Origin: a bacterium
Lineage (GTDB): Bacteria > SAR324 > NAC60-12
Length of the DNA: 39,591 nucleotides
NCBI GenBank assembly: GCA_965233585.1
Contig: CBDDTI010000075.1
Span: 1-39,591, forward strand
Reading direction: 5' to 3'
Positions 23,801-35,800 of the stretch are shown here, one piece after another. The position numbers were made by a program, and so were the translations under genes. How positions within the stretch are numbered: the stretch's first letter is position 1; each line of letters starts with the position of its first letter. The notes beneath the pieces are model-generated. The model searched no databases. It was not told where the DNA came from and saw nothing but the letters and a program-made list of their open reading frames with translations.

Positions 23801-26800
23801 AAACTTTGAACTTGTTGAATTTACATGTTTATACTGTTTATATAAGTTAAACATGCAAAGCTATATAAACTTTCAACTTCTTGAATTTGGACTTTACCAT
23901 TTTACATTTCAAGTGTCGATCTAAAGCACCAAACTCAAGTAATAGCTGATGTTGATTCTGCTGTCGTGAATATTTGTTTTCAACTGGTCATTGATTTATG
24001 ACATCGCTCTCTTTACGAACTGCTATTTTGTCAGGATTTGGAGCACTAGCAGAGCGCGCTACGACCAATCCCATGCGCCGGAGAAGGGGTGGTCACTTTG
24101 CGCTGCATGGGCTTCTGGGTCCCTTGAAAAGCCTGTTGGCCACCATTGTTTGGTTTGCAGGGAAGTTTCTTGGCAAATCTAGCCTGCCACTGCCATGTGA
24201 GGTTTTCTTTGCACAGAGACAGAGACAGAACCAATCTGTGAAAGTTTCAAACAGAGAATTGACTTACATGTGTTGTTTTATTTCTATTTTCACCGATGTA
24301 GCGATCCATATAGCGACCGATATAGCGACCAATATAGCGACCGATATAGCGACCGATATGGTAACCAGCCCTGAGGATTAACAAAAACAACAATGGCGTT
24401 TTGATTTTATGATAATGGCTAGTCAGCTGTTGGATATAGTTTTCAATGTTTCAAGACTGCACGCATTTGTCACAACATGTGTACCCATGTAGCGTACCAG
24501 TGTACCAAATGTGATGTACCAATGTACCATGCCATGTACCAATGTGATGTACCAATCTTAGCAGCTAATCTTGATAGAATAGCAAGCAATTTGCTAAGAT
24601 TGGTACATCACATTGGTACATGGCATGGTACATTGGTACATCACATTTGGTACACTGGTACAGTACATGGGTACATTCGTACAGTGCATGGGTACACACC
24701 ATTGGTACAAGGAAGTACACAGGTACATCACATGGGTACATCACATGGGTACACATGGCTACATGGTACATTGACACATGTTGACACAATGCATCAATAC
24801 ACATAGTTGGTGCAATAAGGTACATTGGTACATGTCATTTGTACAACTGTGGGAAAATGTGTAGCCAAATTAATTACTTAAGACTTAAACTTTAAACTTA
24901 AACACTTAAACTTTAAACTTTAACACTTTAAACTTTAAACGTTAAACCGTTTAAACCTTTAAACTTTAAACTTTAAAACTCTCAAAAATACACCGAAACT
25001 TAAACTGACTAAACTCTTTACGACACACTGCAAGCTGCAAAATCTAAGGCTTTTGGAAGATGGTTAGCGCTCTGAGGTTGGCATTATGGCCCTAATGTAT
25101 CACCCTAAACTCAAAGGGCCTTGGGGGAACACATGCCGCATTCTGATGTTGGCTCTTTGGAATGGGTACACTGGAATCATGAAACTTCCAAAACCCCTAA
25201 TAGTGATACCGTACAGGCAGTTGAAGTAAAATAAAATCCCAACAAAATTCAACAATGTTTTGTGTTGGATTTTTTTGATTTTGCATGAAACAAAAATAAC
25301 ACCCTAAACTGGTACTATGAACATCTTATGGATTGGTGAGCCCTAGACTCCTTGAGTTGACGGCCTAAATCCTAAACCCTAAACCCTAAACTAAACTAAA
25401 CCATAAGGCCCTAGGCCCTAAACCCTAAACCCTAAACTGTATGGAAGTGTCAAAAACGGACAGCATTCCGTTAATGTTTTTTGTTTGATTGAATAGTTGA
25501 AGTTAAACAGTTAAACAGTAAAAAAAAGAGTTAAAATTAAACTGTTAAACTGTTAAACTAACTATTATTAAGTACACGAAATAGTTTTCAAAACCATCAC
25601 CATTCGAAATTCTAAACTTACTCTAAAATTACTCTACTCTCTAATCTCTAGACTCTAGACTCTAGACTAATCAAAAACAAGATTTTTATCGAACATAGTC
25701 TGAGGGATGTAAGGGGTCCTGGGCTGCCCGTGCACAGCTCAGGATCACTTTTTACACCGCGGAACCTTTTTCAACGTAAAAATTCTGAGCCCACAACCTT
25801 ATTCCCCGAGCCTTAAATTTAAAATCTAAATCTAAACCTTAAAACTTTAAACTTTAACTTAAACCTAAAATAAAACTGAAAACTTCAAACCACGCTCCAA
25901 CAGATCCAACCATTTGTTTTTTGCTTTGTTGCATGACTGTAAATGGGTATAAGCATGATTAGACATGACAATCCCACTAGACCTTTACGCCCTGAACCCT
26001 CAACCCTCAACCCTTAGTAGGCTTTATCAAATATCATTTCAACAACTATGCAACATTACCTATGAGTATCAGTATGAGTCAGTATGAGCATTGTTTCATG
26101 GACTACATATGCCCATCCGCAAAAAAATAACAACACTTAACTTTACTTCACGTTTTAACTTTAATTTTAACTTTAATGTGCCCGTAACTTGGGCCTCCTG
26201 ACTCTAGACTCTATGATTTTACCAAAAAAAAGTAAAAACACAACTCAGGATGAGTGAATGGAATATGCATGACTCCATGACCAGGGGCAGATCTGCAGGC
26301 TTAGCGCATTAGGCATTACACTTCATTATGCCCGATTTTTTTGGGTCTGTGTTGGGTCCTTCTTGTTTGAACTTATGAGTTGCTAGTGATTAGTATTAGT
26401 ATTGCTAGTATTGCTAGTGATTGTTGCAAATTTCAGTTTTAACTTTATCTTAACATGAACCGTCAAAATCATTCTTACTACTTTTTCGATGTAGAAGTCC
26501 TTACAACACAAGTGTGGCAATTGCGGTTATATAGCGTTCCAAAGGTTCGAGGTTCTGCTTGAAATTGTTTTTTGTCAGTTCCTTAGCCTTGTCAATTTTT
26601 CTGTTGACAGTTGACACTAGATTCTACTCCCCCGCTGTCCGCCGTGCTGTTATGTTCTGTCTTGCTGAGTCTGCAGATCATGGCGGATACATCGCGTCAC
26701 TCAGTCAAGATATAGGCACAATGACTTCGCGTGACTGCAGTGGGACCAAGCCATATCATGCCATTACTACAGCAATTTACAGTCTTGTTTCCACAGGAAA

Positions 26801-29800
26801 ATGTTTCGTCAAACTGCAGGCTGCAGGCTGCATTTTTTTTACTAGAAACTGACTGATCCTGTGGGTGTCAACTTGTTTGTTGCTCAAAATTGAAACATTT
26901 GTTGGACCTGTGGGGCAGTTGCATTGGTGAATGTGATACATAGTCTTAAATTATTTGTCATTTTATTATTGTTCGGAGCATGTTTGGGCATCAATTGAAT
27001 TGAGGCAATTTGGATCGATGGCTGCTGTTGACAAGGCCTTGGACCAGGATCCTGGTAAGAACCACGAGTTTTTGCAGACTTGTGAGAAGTTGGTAAAGTT
27101 GAAGGAGAACAATCCCCGCATTCGCCTTTCTGGCACGAACCCTCTCCGCGAGAACCTTCTCATGTCGGAGGAAGAGACGACCGGTCTTCGCGCTCCAAAG
27201 AAGAGTTTTCTCGAACTTTCTCAGTATGAGAAGTTGCATGGTCCAGCTCCTGTGGGGAAAATCAAGACCATTAAGTTCCGAGGGCAGTTGTTGCGCGGAG
27301 TGGATGTGATCAAGGAAGAAGATGTTTCTTGTCATGTTTTCATCCCCATCCTCTCAACTTCACTTAACTTAACCATGGTTTTCCGGGAGGGGGACCCCTA
27401 TATATGTAACTTAGAATTTCTGGGTGGGGTGGTGGTGGAATGATTCCAAACAAAAATGTAATATTACATTTTTGACACCTGAAATATAGAGGAAAGAAAA
27501 TGAAAGTTACATATAGGGGTCCCCCTCCCCTGCTGAAAGGGTGGGGATATGTTTTGCCGTGAGGTGGATTCTAAGTTGGTCAAACTGTTCATCAAATCTG
27601 ATTTCTTGAATTCTTGAATGATGTTTGGTAATGATTCATGTAATTTTGGTTTTTGAATTTTGCTGGTATTGCTACCGTCTACAGTGGACCTATAAAGATT
27701 TGTGGATTTGATTTGCGGATTATTGCACTTGGGTTAGGTTTCTTGTGGTTCAGCGGCCAGCGTCAAGTTTCAACTTTCAACTACAATTTCCAAACGACAT
27801 CACGTGTTACACTCAGGTTGGCAGGTACGATTACATCGACGAATCCACCAGGCAGGTCAGTCGCAACACGGAATTGAATGATGGTGACATTGACATCGGA
27901 GGCAATGACAATGTCTTCAATTCAGCACTTCGGCAACTCAGCGATGGAGCAGCCAGTTCCTGTTCCAATGCGGTGGTTCAATCAGGCAACCCTTTGTTGT
28001 CTACCCCATCAGCATCAAGCGCGGGTGCAAACCGTACAACACCTCAATCCGATGAAGCTATGGGGCCTGGGACTGGTGTGGAGGACTAACTGTGGCCGTG
28101 TAAGGTGTAACAATGTAACTAATGTAACATGTCCATCACTCCATCACTGTGTCCCGTCCATTGGTTTGAAGTTTGAACTGTCATCCTGGTTGGAGTTGTA
28201 ACTTGAGCTTTGACTTGACCAAGCTGGTTCTAACTGCCTTCAGTTTGGCTTTTCGTTCTGCTGTTGCTGCTTTACTGGATTGCTACATGGCCACTATGTA
28301 ACGTGTTTGCTTTCTTGGAAAGCTATTGCCTGCGCGGACCCAACCATGTGCTTTGTCACATGGAAATGCACTGTTGGCCTGGTGCTTGCGCTTGAGCTGA
28401 TTTCTTAACCAGCCTTTGGGGCCAACGGGCTCCTTTTGGGAAAGCGAGACATATGGGCTAAAGTGCTCGCTCGGGGCCAGGGCCGTGCAGCTCGCGGGCA
28501 AGCCGCGGTGAAAGCTGTGGGGCCTTGAGATCAGTTCTTTTGGGGAGGCCGCTGGTTCAAGTTGATTGGCTGTGTATGAAAACATGGTGTAATGATGAGT
28601 GTAATGATCTATGAACTTGTATATTTGTATAATGAATATGTATGTAACTTGTAAGGTGTGTATGTACGATATGTATGTATGTATTTTATTATTTTATTAT
28701 GGTAATGATGGTAATGGTAATTAAACTATTTTGGCTGTAGTTGAGATATATGTTGGCCTAGATTGGCCGTGACATGAACTGGCCATTCATTACACCTGCT
28801 TTTTGCAATGGCAAATGCATGCTGTGGGACTTTGGTTCAACATTCGATATTTTCACCGTGTCATTTCCACTTCACAGATTCGGCCCAATCAAGTTCAGTG
28901 GTAGAATCACCGAAAAAGTCCGGTCATGACTTGGAATTGCGATATTTGTTTTGACTTTGCCCTTTCTATTGGACTGTGGTTTCCCATTCACGGCCTGTGT
29001 CTCTAGCGGACCTTTGATGGCGTGGCCCGGTGCAACTTCGCACATTTGATGATTCATGACTCACGACCTTGAGGTTTTTTGGAAAATGTTTCAGAGTGGT
29101 ATGATATCTTTTGATTCAATAATACAGTACATTCATACAACAACGATACAGTGATACAGTAATTTAAAATTTAATAATATAGGTAGCGGTAGCATGAACC
29201 ATATCATTTCATAATTGTAAGTAAGTATGAATAACTGCTGTGCTACTGTCATGCAGTTGAATTAATAGCGTTGCACAATGTGCAATGACAATCATACTGC
29301 CTGACAGATCACAAGCTATTTTTAAGTTGCAAATTCCAACTCCTTTTGGCGATCCAAAAGATTTGAACTTGCGACGGGGTTGACTTTGGTTACGTTTGGG
29401 TTAGACTAGATCCGACATCAAATTCAAACCAGATTCGTTGTTTGCGCAGGATAGCGGCGAGGAGGACGAGGACATCCAGCCATTTGCCAAGCTGTTTGAA
29501 CGGCTGACAGGCGGCTTTGCAGAGAGCGACGGCGCTGATCAGACTCCCAGGCCTGGCCCAAAGGCAAAGGCTGGGCCCAACCACAAGCGACAGAACCAGA
29601 ACAGGCGAGGCAATGTCACCGACGCAAAGTCTGAGAAGGGCATGGATGATCGTGAGGCAAGCGATGATGAACCATTGATCCCGGTTCAGAAACGAGCCAA
29701 GGCTGCCAAGACTCCCGGTGGTACAAGTGCCAAGGTGAATTTGAAAAGAAACTTCGATGAGGCTGCAGATGAAGCAGTTGGAGCTGCAGCTGCAGGGTCA

Positions 29801-32800
29801 GCTCGAGAACAGACAAGCACCGATTGTGGTGATGAGATGTGTGCCGATGACAGAGAGGTCATGAACAGGTTCGAGCCATTGGTTGCAGAAATGAAAGAAA
29901 TGAAACCATCTTCGACGGATGAGACGACCTTCTGTCAATGGGCCAAGGACTCTTGGGCAGTCTTTTGATGTGATTATCACAATGATATCAATGATATGGG
30001 TCAAGATTCAAGATGATTCATGTGTGATCATTTGCCCATAGCTCCATCGTTCCACGGTGTTTATTTATACTACCAAACTAAAGTTAAGTTTAAAAAGTTT
30101 AAAATATTTAAAAGTTTAAAAATGTTTAAAGTTTGAAGTTTAAAGTTTAAAGAGTTTAAAGTTTTTAAAGTTGAATTAAAGTTTAAAGTTTAAAGTTTAA
30201 AGAAGTTTAAAGTTTAAAGTTTAAAGGTAGTTTAACAGTTTAGTTTAACGTTTAAAGTTTTTAAAGCTTAATTAAAGTTTAATTTAAAGTTTAATAAAGT
30301 TTAAATTTAAAGTTTTTAAATTCAAAATTACTTGACACTGTACACTTTACACACTGTACACTGTACACTGTTGTACACTGTAACTGTACGTTACACTTTA
30401 CACTTTACACTTTGCACTTTACAATCTTTACACCTTACGCCTTACACACATTAATTTTAAGAGTAACAGTAACACTGCTGTAACACTACACTTTACCAAA
30501 CTTTACCGCACACTTTACAATTACAATTTTGCTTTTGCACTTTACACTTTACACTCACTTTACACTGTAACACTTTCAACTCTTACACTTTACACTTTGC
30601 ACTTTACAAACTTTAAACTTTAAAACTTTAAACTTTAAACTTAAACTTTAAACTTAAACTTTACACGGCGTCACTTTTTTTGTAATGAGCACTTGACACT
30701 TACAGTTTACACACTGTCACTACAGTACAATTCTGTTACACTACACCACATTGTTCACTTTACACTTTAAACTTTTTAAACTTAAACTTTAAACTTTACA
30801 CTGTACTGTACACTGTACACTGACTGTACAAGTTACTTTCATTACCACTACCTTTCTACAATATACTCTCAACTCTCAACAATCACAAACTTTACAGGAC
30901 TTGATGTTTTTAATGTGCTCGTGAATTCCATCTACAGCAGTCTCTACAGCAGCACAACGGGACCCCAGTTGGTTTCAAAGCATGTGAAACACATGGGGCT
31001 TTTTTTTGTTGATTAACCTGTGGTGCTAAACCTACTCATTGTGACTTGTAGGACCGGATTTCCTCCCTCACAGATTTGCGCAACAACATCCAGACGAAGC
31101 AGAAGTCACTTAAACGCAGACGTGGCCAGACTGCAACGTCTACTACAACGACGGCCTTGAAGGATGGCTTGAACAGACTCGCAGAGGAACTTTCCTTGCT
31201 GATTGATTTGACAAAGCGGCTGATGAATTGCTCTACTTCCGAGGGGAGGAATTTGGTCGACGCAATCCAATCAACCCCTGGCTTGTGTGGGCCAGGAAAT
31301 TTGGAAGCGTGCCTTGAAGGCTTGGAGTTTTGAGGCTGGGCCAGAAACGCATTGTGTATTCCATCCACACACATTCAACTCAACCATACGGAGTGAACAG
31401 ACCACAGACTTTGTGGCGTCGACATTGCAACTGATATGGATATCTCGCCCTCCCTTCAATCTTATTTTATATGAATCTTATTAATTTCATATATCTCATG
31501 ATTTCATATCCACTGATCACTTGTTGTATCATTTTTTACTTTAGAAATAATATAGCACCCACCAGACTTATCACTTGACTTCACTTGTGGTTGTGAGTTC
31601 TAACTGTACTATACTATAGAATATTATATACTATATTACTATATGCTTATAACTTATAACTTATATGATTCACTACGAGTCGACTAAGAGACTCTGAGTG
31701 ACCATGAGACTTCAAAAATCATGGTGACCTGCAGCATGAATACTAATCATGCAAGGTAAACGCCGCTCATTTTGACAGCCGTTCTGATTTTGCCTTTCAA
31801 CTAATCCAACTTTCAACTTTTCAGCTAGTGAAACTTGAGATTTATAATACGTATTTGAATTTGAGATCTTTGTTCCACACGCTGGACGCTGGAGGTTCTC
31901 AAATTGGCCCACTGGGATGTGTTCTTCGGGGAAATTCTCAAGTTCTGCAAGGAGCAGGTCAGCGACTCGCCGGAATTTTTCGGGAGCCTGTCGAACTTGA
32001 TCTTGACCCGGCTTGTCAAGGCTGTGCCAGTGTCCAAGCCGATCTCGGCCGAAAGCACGGCTTTTCTCCGTACATTCCTCGACAGCTTAGCAAAGAATGC
32101 GGCCGCAACTGGGCAAGGCATTGATCACAAGGACACTTTGCAGTGCCTCGCGTCTGTCCTGAACTTCGGGGCCGCCCCAGGACTGTTGATGCATGATGCA
32201 TGATTCATATATATATATAATATAATATATATTATTATAAATTATAATTATTATAAATTATATGTTTAATTTGTTTAATTATGTGAGCATTCATTTTAAC
32301 TTACTACGACCAAACTGAACGAGCAACATGAGCTGCACAGGAGATGGTATAGGGTTTCCAGTTGCAGGCTGTCATGCTCGGATTCTCACAGCTGTCATCC
32401 AAAGCTGGGTCTTGTTTACCACGGTTACAATTTGAAATTTGAACTGCGACCAATCACTAGTCCAAAAAAAATGACAACTTTCTTTGTCAGGACGGGTGTT
32501 ATCCTTCTGCGCTGACATGGGCAAGTCAGGCCACTGGGCTTGCCAGGCTTTCGACAACCAGCAGGGCAAGAAGGTGCTGGATGTTCTGATGGACAACGCT
32601 CGCAAAAGAGAGAGCAACAACAAACTCCTTCAAACGATTGAGACGGCGATTTCGGAGCAGCTTGGTTCATCAGATAATGTGGCCGTTTTAGATTTAAATT
32701 TAAAGACTAAAGACTGACTAAAGAATGGGTTTGTTTTATTCGATTCCTCTTGCCTGACCACTACTCACTGCGGTCCAATCATGGATATGCAATTTGATGA

Positions 32801-35800
32801 TTTGACAACCGATTTGGCGGCGGATTTGTGTTGTTCTTGGCTCTTCGTATTCCTTCCAGCTTTACTGCCACCTTCACTCCGTAACTGTGATTGTCTTGGG
32901 CAGCCTTGGGTCTTGAAGATTGAATAGTGGCACTGTGTTGAAATAGCAGGACATTCCCACATTTTTATCATTTTTACTTTTTTACCACTCATCATTTTCC
33001 ATTTCCACCGAGGCTTGAGAAGACAGGCCTCTGTTGCAATGACACCCACGACTTCGACCTTTTGAGCAAGAAAGGGGACTTCAATGATGAGCATGGAAAA
33101 CTCGTCAATGGGCATTACTCCTTTCTTGCTACAGGTTCCTTCAGAGCCTTGAAAGGCCCGGAACGAGATAGCCTGGCGAAACTCCAGCAGCTCACGCGGA
33201 AAGCAGGGCTCATGATTGTGAATGCGTTCTTCGTCAACGATCTGATTCCCTACATGGGAGACTACGACAAAGCCCTCCAGAACAAGAAATCCATCATGTC
33301 GCCAGTGCTTTCTGAGGCATCATGCCTTTGCCAGCTTCAGAGTGGTATCTTGGGAAGCGGCAACGGGGAGATCATTGAGTCCATCAAGGAATTCAGTGTC
33401 TTTATGAAGGACTTGGCAGGTGCTGCAGCTGACATCTTTTCCTCTGATTCTGAGACTGAATCATCTATCGATGCAGTCAAGGCCCAGGCATGGCTCCGGA
33501 AGTGGCAGAACCACTCGGGCAAGCTTTTGAAAACCGTTCAGGGGTTTGAGAAGGTTGACGCTGGGAGCACTGAGCCTGACAGGCCGGAACCAATCCTGTT
33601 TGCCACTGTGATGCTTGGCGTGATCCAAACAGACCGTCAGTTGTTTTGCACAAATTGCTTCCAACCCTATTGTAAGATACCACAATAAAATTTTAAAACT
33701 AAGACTAGGACTAGTTTAAGTTTAAGTTGTTTAATCGAATCTTAAGGTTGTTCAATGAGATGATAATGTGTTTTTGTTTCTGTTCATTTAAAAATTCAAA
33801 AGTTTAAATTAAAATAATATCTAAATTTTAAAATTTTAAAGTAATACGTAGTTTTAAATAGTTTTAAAAGTTTAAAGGTTTAAAGTTTAAAAGTTTAAAA
33901 TAAATAAAGTTGTTTAAAGCTGTTGAAAATTTAAAGAAGTTTAAAGTTTAAAGTAAGTTTAAAGTTTAAAGTTTAAATAAAGTTTAAATATTTTAAGTTT
34001 ATAAAGTTTAAAGTTTAAAGTTTTAAAGTTTAAAGTTTAAAGTTTAAAATTTAAAGTTTTAAAATTTAAAAGTAGTATAAAATTTGACTTTAGATTCTTT
34101 AGACTTTAGACTCTAGACTCTAGACTTTAGACTTTAGACTCTAGACTTTAGACTTTGACTTTTTATTTGTTAAATATATTTTATATTTTGTTTGATCTTT
34201 CATTTTAGTTTGAAATTTGAATAGTAACTTTAAGAAACTTTACTTTACGAATTAGTATTCATAATATGTTTTTCATTCGAAAACTTAAGCGAACTGTATT
34301 TTAATATTTTTTATTTCTTTTGAAACGCCGTTAGCTAACTTAACACTTTTCTTCAACATAATCTTAAACTTAAACTGCTTAAACTCTTAAACCCGCTTTA
34401 GCTTTAACAAACTTAAACTGTACATTTAAATTTAAATTAAAAACTAAAACTAAACACTATCAGTATCACTAAAACTAAATTGATTTAACTAATTTAACTA
34501 TATTTTTAAAACCTTACACTGCTTTAAACTTGAAACATTAAAACTAGCTTTAAACTTTTAAGCTTTAGACTTTAGACTCTTTAGACTTTAGACTCTAGAC
34601 TCTAGACCTTAGACTTGACTTTAGAATCTAGACCCCTTTGGCCCTTTTGATTCTTAGACTTTAGACACTTTAGAGTCTTTAGGCTTTAGACATTTTGGAC
34701 TCTATACTCTGGACTTTATCAGACTGTAACAACTTTTTCAAACTCTAACTCTCACTGTAACTGAAACTTAACTTAATTGCAGTTTACAGCAAGTTTACGG
34801 TTTGCAGTGTTTGCAGTTTGCACTGCTTACACTACGGTCAAGTGTTGAACTTTTCAGATGAATTAGCAGGCGCTTAGATCTAGATTTTAAATCTCATTTT
34901 TAAATTTCTATTAAATAAATATGTTATTTTTTTAGACTTTTTAATGTCAGTTTTTTTAAAATTCAACCTTAGACTCCTTAGACTTAAACTTCAACTTTAA
35001 ACTTTACTACACCTTCAAAACTTTAAACTTTATAAACCTGAGTTAAAGTAAAGCGAACTTTGGGTTTATAAAACATCTTTGAGCTGTTCACCTTTCAACT
35101 CATTTTTCAACCTTTTGAATCTAGAACTTTGAATCAGACTCAAGCTTGAACTTAAACAGTTAAACGTGACTACTTTATCCATTCACTTTAATTAGCTTTA
35201 CTCAGCCATTCATTGTAACAACTTTGTAAAACTTTAAGCTTTCCTTTCACTTTCAATCATTCAATCTGTTAAAATTTAATCATTTTAAATTTCAACTTAA
35301 CCTTTTAGACTCTAGACTCTAGACTCTAGACTTTATATTCAAACTAAATTTTTAATTTAATTGACTTTTAGCTTGGGCCCACACTTTAAACACTTTAGAC
35401 AACTTTAAATTTTTAAACTTACTTAAATCTTGAATTTTAAAATTAGGTAAAACTTCAAACAAATGTAAATTTCTGTCAATTAAACTAATTAGACATAAAC
35501 CGTTAAATTTACTTTAAATTTTAACTTTAACTTTTAAAAATATATAGATACTTGAATTTGACTTTAGCTTTACACTTTAAACTTTAAACTTTTAAACTTT
35601 AAACACTTTAACAACTACAAAACTTCAAACACTTTAAAACTTTCAAAAATAGAAATTAAAACTTTACTTTACTTAGCTTTACTTTAAAATATAACGTAAA
35701 CATAGACTTAAACTAGTTTAAGCAACACTGCCAAACCGTGTTAACTGCGCTTGTCCATCTCAACGGCAATAAGGAAGGCTTTGGTCGACAACTTGGACAG

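Noticed and set aside
24291..24360. Regular short repeats as a possible CRISPR array, and the DIAT-repeat ORF 23998-24381
   Set aside because: The 12-bp units abut with no unique spacers, there are no cas genes, and the context is eukaryotic. The ORF is off-frame to the zinc-finger exon.
24477..24825. Two opposing ORFs sharing the peptide YQCTKCDVPMYHAMYQCDVPILA
   Set aside because: By-product of the perfect inverted repeat and GTAC subrepeats, not genes.
25364..25437. Chromosome end or contig-join telomere
   Set aside because: Short and degenerate, and it lies inside an intron whose flanking exons continue the same gene, so it is interstitial.
28330..29070. GC-rich intronic islands as ncRNA or a nested gene
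   Set aside because: No recognisable tRNA, rRNA or snRNA motifs and no coherent spliced frame; probably decayed repeat fragments.
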